From: Bdellovibrionales bacterium
GTDB taxonomy: Bacteria; Pseudomonadota; Alphaproteobacteria; Micavibrionales; UBA2020
Reading direction: 5' to 3'
Length of the DNA stretch: 64,000 nt
Assembly: GCA_038247245.1 (NCBI GenBank)
Contig: JBBRVE010000004.1
Coordinates: 22,485-86,484 of the forward strand
Under the pieces are notes generated by a model. The model ran no database searches and was not told where the DNA came from. It saw nothing but the letters and a program-made list of their open reading frames with translations. The position numbers and the translations under genes were made by a program. Shown piece by piece: positions 1 to 9,099 of the stretch (position 1 is the stretch's first letter; each line of letters opens with the position of its first letter).

Positions 1-502
1 CCTCCAGCAGTTTATCAACGCCGTCGCCCTTCAGCGCGGAGATCATGAAGATATCGGTGAAGACGCCGGTTTCATTGATTTCGGTCGCCAGTGCCAGCAG
101 CCGTTCTTTTTTCAGCAGGTCGATTTTATTCAGCACGGCGACGGCCTTGCGTTTCGTATCCTGCAGTTTCTGGATGATCGCCTTGGTTTCGGGATTGATA
201 TGGCCGTGGCCGACATCCATCAGCACCGCCACGATTTCCGCATCCTTCGCGCCTGCCCAAGCGGCCGCCACCATCGCCTTTTCAAGGCGGCGTTGCGGCG
301 CGAAAATGCCGGGGGTATCGACAAAGATCAGCTGCGTTTCTTCGCGGTTAACGATGCCCATGACCCTTGTGCGTGTCGTCTGCACCTTGGGGCTGACGAT
401 GGAAACCTTTGCGCCCACCAGCTGGTTTACAAGCGTCGATTTACCGGCATTGGGCGCACCGATCACGCCCACATAGCCGCAGCGCCGCGTTTTTTCAGTC
501 AT
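1..502 (-). CDS. era: GTPase Era, N-terminal part (3' end runs off the window)
   Basis: Reverse translation from the ATG at 502 gives MTEKTRRCGYVGVIGAPNAGKSTLVNQLVG...ETQLIFVDTPGIF (G1 P-loop, G3 DTPG). ATGA start/stop overlap with rnc at 499-502. Canonical lepB-rnc-era order. Absent from the ORF track because there is no stop inside the window. Confidence 0.9.
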   Translation of the reverse strand, partial: MTEKTRRCGYVGVIGAPNAGKSTLVNQLVGAKVSIVSPKVQTTRTRVMGIVNREETQLIFVDTPGIFAPQRRLEKAMVAAAWAGAKDAEIVAVLMDVGHGHINPETKAIIQKLQDTKRKAVAVLNKIDLLKKERLLALATEINETGVFTDIFMISALKGDGVDKLLE

Positions 503-1209
503 GAATTTGTTCCTGCATCAATACGCGCCAGCATTTTCGCCGCCGCTGCTTTTTCCGCGCCGCGCTTGGAGGTAGAGGTGCCGGCCAGGGATTCAAGCCC
601 CTGCACGCGTACCTCTACATCGAATTGCGGCTTGTGGTCTTCGCCCCCGCGGGCAATCACGACATATTCGGGCAGGGGCAATCCGCGCTGCTGCGCCCAT
701 TCCTGCAATCTTGTCTTGGCATCTTCGGGGGGCACGTTATAGGTCGCCAGCATTTTTTCCCAGCGGGAACGCACGAAACGGCACGCCACATCGTATCCGC
801 CATCCAGATATATCGCACCGATCAGCGCCTCAACCGCGTCCGACATGATCGCGTCTTTTTTGCCGCCGCCGGCCTTGATCTCGCCGACAGACAGGCGGAC
901 GTATTTGCTGAGGTTTAAACCCTCTGCCACTTCCGCCAACGCCGCCTGCTGCACGACGGCGGTCAGGCGTTTTGCCAAATCGCCCTCGCGTTCATTCGGG
1001 AAGGTCATGTAAAGCAGTTCGGCAATCGCCAGGCCCAGCACGCGGTCGCCCAAAAATTCAAGGCGTTCGTTGTTGTGCTGGCTTTTCGGCAGGCTGGAAT
1101 GCGTCAACGCCATGTCCAGCAAAGTGCTGTGCGTGAATTTATACCCGATTTCCGCCTCCAGGGCGGATTGGCTGTCAGAGAGAACCGACACTTTTGAAGA
1201 TCCGGCCAT
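499..1209 (-). CDS. rnc: Ribonuclease III
   Basis: RNase III signature ERLEFLGDRVLGLAIAELLY plus a C-terminal dsRNA-binding region. I prefer Met20 of the ORF (MAGSSKV, ATG at 1209) over the longest ORF start at 1266. Confidence 0.9.
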   Translation of the reverse strand: MAGSSKVSVLSDSQSALEAEIGYKFTHSTLLDMALTHSSLPKSQHNNERLEFLGDRVLGLAIAELLYMTFPNEREGDLAKRLTAVVQQAALAEVAEGLNLSKYVRLSVGEIKAGGGKKDAIMSDAVEALIGAIYLDGGYDVACRFVRSRWEKMLATYNVPPEDAKTRLQEWAQQRGLPLPEYVVIARGGEDHKPQFDVEVRVQGLESLAGTSTSKRGAEKAAAAKMLARIDAGTNS

Positions 1210-2044
1210 AACGGATGGCCTTGACGTATTCAACAGCCTTGCAGCCCGTGCCCTGTATCGCGGCAAACACGCCGGAATAGACGCATTTGTCGCCGATGCC
1301 TTCGGTCGAGAAGAAAATCATCGCGGCAGGGCCGATCAGATTGCGGGCGGGCACGGGGCCCAGTTCGTTTTCAACGCGGCTGTCGAGCGACTGGTCGCGG
1401 TTGTCGCCCATCATGAAGTAATGTTTTTCCGGCACAACGAATTCGGGCGTGTTGTCGAGCGATTCATGGTCGGAAATTTCATAGATGTAATGCTTCACGC
1501 CATTCGGCAGCGTTTCGATATAGCGCGTGAACTGGAACGGGCGGCCTTCGGTATCATAGGTTTCCGTGCCCTCGTTCTGGCGCGGCACCATCGTGCCGTT
1601 GATGTACAGGCGGCCTTCGGTCACCTGGATTTTATCGCCCGGCAGGCCGATGATGCGCTTGATGTAATCGACGCCTTCGCGTTTAGGCTGGCGGAACACG
1701 ATCACATCGCCGCGATCGGGGATACCTTCCATGATGCGGCCCTGCATCGGGATGGCATCCAGCGGGAATGAATACTGGCTGTATCCATACGTCCATTTTT
1801 TCACGAACAGGTAATCGCCGACCAGCAGCGACGGGAACATCGAGCCGGACGGAATGTTGAACGGCTCGAACAGGAAGGAACGGATGATAAGGGCAATGGC
1901 GGCCGCGAATGCCATGGCCTTCAGCAATTCAACCGCGTCGTCCTTTTCCTTGACCTTTTTTTCCGGCGCGACCGCTACATCCGCTGCGGTCATCTCTGCC
2001 GTTTTGTCCTGTTCCATTTTATTGTCGTCCTGATTGGTGTTCAT
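1175..2044 (-). CDS. lepB: Signal peptidase I
   Basis: N-terminal TM segment, catalytic Ser box PSGSMFPSLLVGD, and GDNRDQSLDSR box. Located upstream of rnc-era. Confidence 0.9.
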   Translation of the reverse strand: MNTNQDDNKMEQDKTAEMTAADVAVAPEKKVKEKDDAVELLKAMAFAAAIALIIRSFLFEPFNIPSGSMFPSLLVGDYLFVKKWTYGYSQYSFPLDAIPMQGRIMEGIPDRGDVIVFRQPKREGVDYIKRIIGLPGDKIQVTEGRLYINGTMVPRQNEGTETYDTEGRPFQFTRYIETLPNGVKHYIYEISDHESLDNTPEFVVPEKHYFMMGDNRDQSLDSRVENELGPVPARNLIGPAAMIFFSTEGIGDKCVYSGVFAAIQGTGCKAVEYVKAIRYGRIFKSVGSL

Positions 2045-2451
2045 GCTGCGCCACCGGCGGAGATGACGACGAAGGCAAGCGCCATGCCGCCGTCATCGCT
2101 TAAGGATACGTCGATGCGGGGCGTCATGCCCGCGGGTGTCAATTCGCTCAAGCGTTGCTTCGCGCCGCCCGCCAATGCCAGCGAAGGACGTCCCGCATCG
2201 TCATTCACGACGGCGATGTCTTTGAGGTAAATCTGTTCGCGGATGCCAAGGCCCAAGGCTTTTGCGCAGGCTTCTTTCGCCGCCCAGCGCTTTGCATAGC
2301 CGGAGGCGCGGGATTTCTCATCCGTGTTTTTCTCCACACGCGCCTGTTCTTCCGGCGCGAAGCAGCGTGCGATAAAACGGTCGCCATGATCTCCCAGCAC
2401 GCGGGCGATGCGATCGATGCTGGCGATGTCGGTGCCGATGCCAATAATCAT
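2041..2451 (-). CDS. acpS: Holo-[acyl-carrier-protein] synthase
   Basis: MIIGIGTDIASIDRI start typical of AcpS, ~135 aa. Start chosen at Met7 (ATG at 2451), one base after the spoT stop. Confidence 0.85.
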   Translation of the reverse strand: MIIGIGTDIASIDRIARVLGDHGDRFIARCFAPEEQARVEKNTDEKSRASGYAKRWAAKEACAKALGLGIREQIYLKDIAVVNDDAGRPSLALAGGAKQRLSELTPAGMTPRIDVSLSDDGGMALAFVVISAGGAA

Positions 2452-2452
2452 A

Positions 2453-4627
2453 TCAGCGGCTCCGCGCACGGTTGACGGTGGTGATTTCGGGCGTGCCGCG
2501 CAATGCCGCGATGATATCGGATAAATGGCGCGTATCGCGCACCCAGACGTCGATGATCATGTCCCAGAAATCCATGGAGCGGTTGGTGATTTTCAGGTTC
2601 GTGATATTGCCGCCGTTCTTGCCGATGACGGTCGAGAGCGTACCGAGCGCGCCCGGTTCATTGGCTATTGTGATAAGCAAACGGCCGACATGCGATTCCG
2701 GCGTGTCTTCGCCGTCTTCCCATGACACATCCAGCCAGCGTTCCGGTGTATCGGCGAATGATTCCAGCGTGTCGCAATCGATCGTGTGGATCGTCACGCC
2801 CTTGCCGGTCGTGACGATGCCGACAATACGGTCGCCCGGCAGCGGGTGGCAGCAGCGCGCGAAATGCAGCGCCATGCCGGGGATGAGGCCCTTGATGGGC
2901 ATCGGCGGTGCCTTGCCCTTCTGGTGGGTTTTCTTTTCCGGCACGACGTAATTCTGCAGCTGTAGCGGCGGCGGCCCAAGGTTGCTGGGCTTTTGCGCCG
3001 GATGCAGCGCATAGAACACTTCGCGCGCGGCGACGTTGCCGGAACCGACGCCCGTCAGCAGGTCTTCGATATTTTCGGTCTTGAACTGACGGTAAATCTC
3101 GCCGCTGAAATCGCGTTCGTTAAATTCGTGACCTTCCTGCTTCAGAACCTTTTCCAGCATCTTCTTGCCGAGGTCCATATATTCGTCGCGCTGCTGCAGG
3201 CGCATGAAACGGCGGATGCGCGATTTGGCTTTGCCGGTGACGACGAAGCGTTCCCAGTTGGGGCTGGGCGTCTGGCTTTTCGATGTCGTAATCTCGATCT
3301 GGTCGCCGTTGCCGAGCGCGGTGTTCAGCGGCACGATGCGCCCGTTGACTTTCGCGCCCACCGTCTTGTCGCCAAGGTCGGAGTGGACCGCGTAGGCAAA
3401 GTCGACAGGCGTTGCGCCGCGCGGCAGCGCGATCAAGTCGCCGTTCGGCGTGAAGCAAAACACCTGATCCTGGTACAATTCCAGTTTTGTATTTTCGAGG
3501 AATTCTTCGGGCTTTTGCGCGTGCTCGACGATATCCATCAATTCGCGCAGCCAGCGGAACTGGCGGCCATCCTTGTTCTTGCCGCCGTCGCCCTGTTTGT
3601 ACGACCAGTGAGCGGCAACGCCAAGCTCGGCTTCCTCGTGCATGTCGGGGGTGCGTATCTGCACCTCGATACGGTGGTTTTCGGGGCCGATGACGGTCGT
3701 GTGCAAGGATCTGTAACCGTTCGGTTTCGCCAGCGAAATGTAATCCTTGAACCGGCCCGGCACGGTCGGGTAGAGGCCATGAATGATGCCCAGCGCGTGA
3801 TAGCATTCCGACACGTTGGCCACCTGGATGCGGAACGCCATGATGTCGGACAGCTGCTCGAAGCTGATGTTCTTGCGCTGCATTTTCTTCCAGATGGAAT
3901 AGGGCGTCTTTTCGCGGCCGTAAACATCGGCCTCCAGCCCTGCTTCCTTCAGCCGTTTCAGCAGTTCTTCGATGATGCGGCCGACCACGGCCTCGCCACC
4001 CTCGGCGCGCAGGAAGTTGAGGCGCGTCTTGATACTGTCGCGCGCTTCGCCGTTGATCTCGGCAAAGCTTAAGTCTTCCAGCTCTTCCTTGATCTTGTGG
4101 ATGCCGATGCGCTCCGCCAGCGGCGCGTAAATCTCGATTGTTTCGACGGCGATTCGTTTGCGCTTTTCGGGCTTCGGGATATGGAACAGCGTGCGCATGT
4201 TGTGCAGGCGGTCGGATAGCTTCACCAGCAGCACGCGGATGTCTTCGGACATCGCCAGCACCAGCTTGCGGAAGTTTTCCGCCTGCTTTTCCTGCGCCGA
4301 CTGAAATTCGATTTTGGATAGTTTCGTCACGCCATCGACAAGCTTGGCGATTTCCTCGCCGAACAATTTATGGATTTCCTCGATAGTCGCTTCGGTATCT
4401 TCGACCGTGTCATGCAGCAGCGCGGTGCAGACGGACGCCGTATCCATTTTCATTTCGGTCAGGATGCCCGCGACTTCAAGCGGGTGTGAGAAATACAGGT
4501 CGCCCGACGCGCGCGTCTGCGAGCCATGCATTTTCATGGCATAAATATACGCCCGGTTGACGATGTCTTCGTCCATGCCGGGATCGTAAGCCTTGACCAG
4601 TTCGATGAGTTCGTATTGCCGTATCAA
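2453..4627 (-). CDS. spoT: Bifunctional (p)ppGpp synthetase/hydrolase (RelA/SpoT homologue)
   Basis: 724 aa. HD hydrolase region HGSQTRASGDLYFSHPLEV, synthetase region YRSLHTTVIGPENHRIEVQIRT, and C-terminal TGS/ACT-like parts. Confidence 0.9.
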   Translation of the reverse strand: MIRQYELIELVKAYDPGMDEDIVNRAYIYAMKMHGSQTRASGDLYFSHPLEVAGILTEMKMDTASVCTALLHDTVEDTEATIEEIHKLFGEEIAKLVDGVTKLSKIEFQSAQEKQAENFRKLVLAMSEDIRVLLVKLSDRLHNMRTLFHIPKPEKRKRIAVETIEIYAPLAERIGIHKIKEELEDLSFAEINGEARDSIKTRLNFLRAEGGEAVVGRIIEELLKRLKEAGLEADVYGREKTPYSIWKKMQRKNISFEQLSDIMAFRIQVANVSECYHALGIIHGLYPTVPGRFKDYISLAKPNGYRSLHTTVIGPENHRIEVQIRTPDMHEEAELGVAAHWSYKQGDGGKNKDGRQFRWLRELMDIVEHAQKPEEFLENTKLELYQDQVFCFTPNGDLIALPRGATPVDFAYAVHSDLGDKTVGAKVNGRIVPLNTALGNGDQIEITTSKSQTPSPNWERFVVTGKAKSRIRRFMRLQQRDEYMDLGKKMLEKVLKQEGHEFNERDFSGEIYRQFKTENIEDLLTGVGSGNVAAREVFYALHPAQKPSNLGPPPLQLQNYVVPEKKTHQKGKAPPMPIKGLIPGMALHFARCCHPLPGDRIVGIVTTGKGVTIHTIDCDTLESFADTPERWLDVSWEDGEDTPESHVGRLLITIANEPGALGTLSTVIGKNGGNITNLKITNRSMDFWDMIIDVWVRDTRHLSDIIAALRGTPEITTVNRARSR

Positions 4628-4651
4628 ATCAACACCCTTTTTTCAGGCAGC

Positions 4652-4689
4652 AAAAAGCCGCCTAAGGGTTTAATTATAGGCGGCTTTTT
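4652..4689 (-). terminator. Hairpin with flanking A/T runs between rpoZ and spoT
   Basis: aaaaaGCCGCC-(16 nt)-GGCGGCttttt. On the minus strand it follows the rpoZ stop at 4713. The loop is long, so the call is moderate. Confidence 0.45.
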
Positions 4690-4712
4690 AAATTTTAACA
4701 GGGGTTTGGCGA

Positions 4713-5192
4713 TCAGTTGTTATCGTCCTCGCCACCCAGGTCGCCCGCATCGAATTCGCCAGCCGGAATCTCGAGGTCGTCGCCTTCGCCTTCGACGTCG
4801 GCATCTGCGTCAGCGTCTGCTGCTTCTTCTTCCTTCGGCTCTTCGCCGGTGTCTTCGTGCAGGCCGGCGGTTTCAACTTCGCCTTCGGCAGCCTGGTTCG
4901 CAACCTGCGCCCATTCCGCTTCGCCTTCCATCACGTCGATGATGTCTTCGCCTTCTTCCTCGACCTCGATCACCTTCTGGTGGTTCTTGATCAGGCTTTC
5001 GCGCAGCGCGTCGAGCGACATATCCGTGTCGGCGATTTCGCGGAGGGAGATAACGGGGTTTTTGTCGTTGTCGCGGTCGACCAGCAGGGCGGCACCGGCA
5101 TTAATCTCGCGGGCGCGCTGGGAAGAGACAAGCACCAGCTCGAATCTGTTGGGAACTTTCAGGATGCAGTCTTCGACTGTGACGCGTGCCAT
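4713..5192 (-). CDS. rpoZ: DNA-directed RNA polymerase subunit omega with a long acidic C-terminal extension
   Basis: [30 protein letters not shown] is the conserved omega N-terminus. The tail is [21 protein letters not shown]...GGEDDNN. Confidence 0.9.
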   Translation of the reverse strand: MARVTVEDCILKVPNRFELVLVSSQRAREINAGAALLVDRDNDKNPVISLREIADTDMSLDALRESLIKNHQKVIEVEEEGEDIIDVMEGEAEWAQVANQAAEGEVETAGLHEDTGEEPKEEEAADADADADVEGEGDDLEIPAGEFDAGDLGGEDDNN

Positions 5193-5327
5193 GGTGCTTT
5201 ACCTTTAAATAACTTCTAAAACAGGGGTTTGTTATAACAACCTTACCTGTCCCTTTGCAACTGGAATCACGCCTGTTTACTTGACTACCGGCGTATTCAA
5301 CCTATGTTTCATTTTTAATAAAACAGC

Positions 5328-5356
5328 TTGACATTGTCAACCAGTTTAGGCTATAA
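5328..5356 (+). promoter_or_regulatory. Sigma-70-like promoter upstream of the NYN gene
   Basis: TTGACA (5328-5333), 17-nt spacer, CTATAA (5351-5356), about 120 nt upstream of the ORF at 5480. Confidence 0.4.
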
Positions 5357-5479
5357 AACCCTCGACCGCGCCTCCCGCCACCCTTCATCGGTGGCGCATT
5401 CCAGTGCGCCGGTTACGGGGCAGTTAGTACTATTATTGACAACGGCAAATTTCGGGTCTAAAAAGCCCGTCCATATGAC

Positions 5480-6133
5480 TTGGGGAGCAATGACTTGAAA
5501 ACGAACGGCAATTCTCAAAATTTCAATTTTTTCTATAAAGAAGAAAAGCTGGCGGTGTTCATCGACGGCGCAAATTTGTATGCAGCCGCGAAAAGCCTGA
5601 CCTTTGATATCGATTATAAACGCCTGCTCACCTATATCTCGGGGCAGAGCCGTCTTGTACGCGCGTTCTATTATACGGCGCTGATGGAAGACCAGGAATA
5701 TTCACCCATCCGCCCCCTGATCGACTGGCTGGATTATAACGGCTACACCATGGTAACCAAGCCCGCGAAGGAATTCACGGATGCGACCGGCCGCCGCAAA
5801 GTCAAAGGCAATATGGATATCGAGCTTGCCATCGACATGATGGAACTGGCCGACCACGTTGATCATATCGTCCTCTTCTCGGGCGACGGCGATTTCCGCC
5901 GCCTGCTGGAATCTGTGCAACGCAAAGGCGTGCGCACGACGGTCGTTTCGACCATTCGCACATCGCCCCCCATGGTGGCCGATGAACTGCGCCGCCAAGC
6001 GGACCATTTCGTCGACCTCGTCGACCTGATGGCGCATATCGAGCGTGCCGCAGGCGAGCGTCCTGCACAGCCCGCGATTTCCAACCCCGAAATGGCACCC
6101 GAAGCCACGGTCACCAACAAGATCCGCGCGTAA
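5480..6133 (+). CDS. NYN/LabA-like domain protein (putative RNase fold)
   Basis: LAVFIDGANLYAAAKSLTFDIDYKRLL and LFSGDGDFRRLLESVQRKG resemble NYN/LabA family blocks. Non-ATG start: the in-frame TTG at 5495 with GGGGAG 7 nt upstream is an alternative start. Confidence 0.7.
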   Translation: MGSNDLKTNGNSQNFNFFYKEEKLAVFIDGANLYAAAKSLTFDIDYKRLLTYISGQSRLVRAFYYTALMEDQEYSPIRPLIDWLDYNGYTMVTKPAKEFTDATGRRKVKGNMDIELAIDMMELADHVDHIVLFSGDGDFRRLLESVQRKGVRTTVVSTIRTSPPMVADELRRQADHFVDLVDLMAHIERAAGERPAQPAISNPEMAPEATVTNKIRA

Positions 6134-6143
6134 CAGCGCCATC

Positions 6144-6178
6144 AAAAAAAGGCCCCGGTAACCCCGGGGCCTTTTTTT
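6144..6178. terminator. Bidirectional intrinsic terminator between convergent genes
   Basis: aaaaaaaGGCCCCGG-taac-CCGGGGCCttttttt: perfect 8-bp GC stem with an A-run and a T-run. Confidence 0.75.
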
Positions 6179-6197
6179 AGTTTGTACGGTATGCCGC

Positions 6198-7421
6198 TTA
6201 CGCGGGCGCGCCCGGTTTTTTCTGCGTGACAGCCGTTGCAAGGCCGTTGATGACGTTGGTCAGCGGGTCGATCAGTGTTTCGGCCTCTTTCAAAACTTTT
6301 TGCACCAGCTTCACGGCAGTTTCCAGCGGCACTGTCGGTTCGAGGTTGATGTATTCCTGATCCTTGGGCATCGCGGAATAAAGTTTCGAGATTTGTCCGG
6401 CCAGTTTGATATCCAGCAACGACAGTTTGTTCACGTTCGCTTCAAACACGGCGCGGCCAAAGGTCGGGTGTTTTTGCACGATATCGCCACCTTGCTGGTA
6501 TTTCGGCACTTCGTTCGCATCCTGCAGGCCACGCAGCATGTCGCCGTAAATGACCAGGAAAGCTTCGATCTTGTTCTTGTTCTCCATCAGCTCGCCTTCG
6601 AGCGTGGAGATTAGCACGTGACGCTCGCGGCTTTGCAGCATCGCTTCCTTGCGGCTGGTCTGCTCGGCTTCTTTTTCCTGCAGCGACGCCATGCGGCTGA
6701 GCCAGTACCACATCACGAGACCGACGATCAGCAAACCGCCGAACGGGCCAAAGATAAGGGCGAGCGGCAGCAGCACCGACATATAAGGCTCCAGCCAGCG
6801 CGGCAGCCCGCGGCCATCCGTCTGGTTCACATCTTCCTTCACCAGCGCCCAGACACCTTTGCCGGCGACGCGCGCGGTTTCCTGTTCTTTTTCATAGGCG
6901 GTTGCAAACACAGTGTTATAGGTCTGGCGGCGGTCAACGACGACGAAGCCGTTTTTCAAAAGTTCCAGCGCGAGATCCTGATTGGTCGCGGTCGAGCAAC
7001 GCGCGATCATTTCCAGCATCGTGCCGCCCATGATGCGGCAATTGACCTGCTGTTCCTGAATGAGCCCGTCCATCAGGTCGAGCGCTTTTAATTCGAGCGG
7101 TGTCTCCGCGCTCTGTGCGGGCTTGATGCCCCAGAGGCGGATGGTGCCGCCTTCGGCGCGCAGCGTCATGGGGTCGACCGCGCGCATCGGGCGCATTACG
7201 CGCTCTGGCAGGCGGTTCGCCAACGGCGCCACCGAAGCAGGTGCCACATCCGGCGCGTCATCCGATGCCATCGCCGACGGCGGGGCGGGAATGCTGGCGG
7301 CGGGCGGCGCGGGCGCTGCCGTTCTCGGCTGCGCCTGTGCAGTACCTGCAAACATCACAACCGCAAGAACGAGAAACAAATAGCGCATGTCTGAAATCCC
7401 TGTATTGAAAACCAGTATCAA
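6198..7421 (-). CDS. Membrane-anchored protein with a periplasmic SNase (thermonuclease)-like domain, probably catalytically degenerate
   Basis: Signal peptide MRYLFLVLAVVMFAGTAQA. SNase-like blocks TIRLWGIKPAQ...VNC...ARC...DLALELLKNGFVVV...AYEKEQETARVAGKGVWA, then a TM (LLPLALIFGPFGGLLIVGLVMWYWL) and a ~170-aa cytoplasmic domain I cannot place. Confidence 0.6.
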   Translation of the reverse strand: MILVFNTGISDMRYLFLVLAVVMFAGTAQAQPRTAAPAPPAASIPAPPSAMASDDAPDVAPASVAPLANRLPERVMRPMRAVDPMTLRAEGGTIRLWGIKPAQSAETPLELKALDLMDGLIQEQQVNCRIMGGTMLEMIARCSTATNQDLALELLKNGFVVVDRRQTYNTVFATAYEKEQETARVAGKGVWALVKEDVNQTDGRGLPRWLEPYMSVLLPLALIFGPFGGLLIVGLVMWYWLSRMASLQEKEAEQTSRKEAMLQSRERHVLISTLEGELMENKNKIEAFLVIYGDMLRGLQDANEVPKYQQGGDIVQKHPTFGRAVFEANVNKLSLLDIKLAGQISKLYSAMPKDQEYINLEPTVPLETAVKLVQKVLKEAETLIDPLTNVINGLATAVTQKKPGAPA

Positions 7422-7482
7422 TTCTAGTGGTCAGCAGCCGCCGTATCAAACGCTAAACAGCAATCAGCCGCTATGGTAAAGC

Positions 7483-8172
7483 CTAGCCGGAGCCGCTGCG
7501 CTGCGGGAACATGGGGTAGAGCCAGCCCACGAGCTGCTGCGGGTTGCGCGTCTGGATCCAGACGCGGCCCGGACCCTGAAAGCGGCAACCAAGCCCTTCG
7601 CCGGATGTCACCGACGAAATCCAGCCGGAGCCGCCTTTGACGATTTCATAAGGCATGTGAGAATCCCATGCGACGAGGTGCCCGTTATCGATATGCACCA
7701 CTTCGCCCTGCCCCAGCACCATCGGATAGATCGAGCCGTAGGTGGAAAGGAACACCGTGCCCTGCCCGCCGATTTTCACAATGAAGAACCCCTGACCGGA
7801 CAACATGCCCTTGAACAGGCCCTGCATCTTGGTCGAAACCTGAATGCCGTTAGTGGCGGCAAGATAGCCGCCCTTTTGCACGGAAAGCTGTTCACCCTGC
7901 TGAAGGTCGATGGTGGCGATTTCGCCGGGCGTCGCCGCCGCCAGCAATGCCCATCCGGGGCCGCCTTGCGATTCCAGCTGCTGCATGAAAAAACTTTCGC
8001 CGGAAAACATGCGGCCAATCGCCTTGCCGATGCCGCCGTCTGCCTTGCCCGTCAGGCGGATATTGGTCGACATCGCGACCATCGCGCCGGATTCAGCCTT
8101 GATATGCTCGCCCTCTGAAAACGTGACGCGCAGCAGCGGAAACGCACTGTCGCCCATAACTTCGCATTTCAT
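7483..8172 (-). CDS. AIM24/TIGR00266-like family protein
   Basis: 229 aa. LLRVTFSEGEHIKAESGAMVAMS and the overall Gly-rich beta pattern match my recollection of this family. Confidence 0.65.
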   Translation of the reverse strand: MKCEVMGDSAFPLLRVTFSEGEHIKAESGAMVAMSTNIRLTGKADGGIGKAIGRMFSGESFFMQQLESQGGPGWALLAAATPGEIATIDLQQGEQLSVQKGGYLAATNGIQVSTKMQGLFKGMLSGQGFFIVKIGGQGTVFLSTYGSIYPMVLGQGEVVHIDNGHLVAWDSHMPYEIVKGGSGWISSVTSGEGLGCRFQGPGRVWIQTRNPQQLVGWLYPMFPQRSGSG

Positions 8173-8205
8173 GGAATAAACTCCCCCGAGATCATCAGAA
8201 ATTAT

Positions 8206-9099
8206 TTAATAAGCCGTCTTGTCCATCTTCGTCATCCAGTTGTCGAAAACAATATTCGCCTCTTCGCGCAGCAGCCGGAAAACCGGCAGCGAGCGTTTGT
8301 TTTCCGGCAGCGCCACTTCACGGTACAGGAGCGCATCGTCAAAGCCGATTTTTTCCGCATCTTCGCGCATATTGGCGTAGAAAATTTTATCAAGGCGCGC
8401 CCAGTAAATGGCGGCAAGGCACATCGGGCAGGGCTCGCAACTGGTGTAAATGTCGCAACCTTCCAGCTTGAAATCCTTGATTGCGGCGGTGGCATTGCGG
8501 ATGGCGACCATTTCGGCATGCGCCGTGGGGTCGTTGGTGGAGGTGACGCAGTTCCAGCCCTCGCCGATAATCTTGCCCTGACGCACGATGACGGCGCCGA
8601 ACGGGCCACCGCAGTTTTCTTCCATCTTTTGTTGCGAGAGGTCAATCGCGCGGCGCATGAAGCCCATGCGCTGTTGTTCGATATCCATCTGCGCGGCGCT
8701 TTTGTTTGCCTCGGCGGCAAGGCGCGCCTGATGGGTTTCCGACAGCATCGCCTCGACCTGCGCCAGCAGCGCGTCCGGCTTCACGGGCTTCGGGAAGTAG
8801 GCGAGCTTCATTTCGATTTTCTTCTGCACTTCCTCGCGCACATGATCATCGGCAAGCGCGATGACCGGCGTCGAGGCGTGGTCGCGCTTCATTTTGCGCA
8901 GGAACGCGACTTCGTCCGACGTTTCATCATCGATATCGAGGATCACAAGATCCGGACGCTTCGCCAGCAGCTCGACCGCTTTGTCGGCTCCAACGGCGTC
9001 GGATACACCATAACCGTTCTTGAGAAGGATGCCGCAAATCAATTTGCGCATGATGTCGCTGGGATCGACGACCAGTATCTGCCCTTTTGTGGCGTCCAT
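8206..9099 (-). CDS. Response-regulator receiver domain fused to a CDA-fold guanine deaminase-like domain
   Basis: N-terminus ILVVDPSD...PDLVILDIDD...FPKPV (receiver). C-terminus GGPFGAVIV...DPTAHAEMVAIRNA...YTSCEPCPMCLAAIYWARL...GFDD (HAE / PCxxC zinc deaminase, GuaD-like). The start ATG overlaps the clpA stop (TAATG at 9097-9101). Confidence 0.8.
   Translation of the reverse strand: MDATKGQILVVDPSDIMRKLICGILLKNGYGVSDAVGADKAVELLAKRPDLVILDIDDETSDEVAFLRKMKRDHASTPVIALADDHVREEVQKKIEMKLAYFPKPVKPDALLAQVEAMLSETHQARLAAEANKSAAQMDIEQQRMGFMRRAIDLSQQKMEENCGGPFGAVIVRQGKIIGEGWNCVTSTNDPTAHAEMVAIRNATAAIKDFKLEGCDIYTSCEPCPMCLAAIYWARLDKIFYANMREDAEKIGFDDALLYREVALPENKRSLPVFRLLREEANIVFDNWMTKMDKTAY

Noticed and set aside
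2993-4072. 359-aa plus-strand ORF
   Set aside because: Antisense to spoT, so it is a shadow ORF. The 398-aa ORF at 9270-10466 is likewise antisense to clpA.
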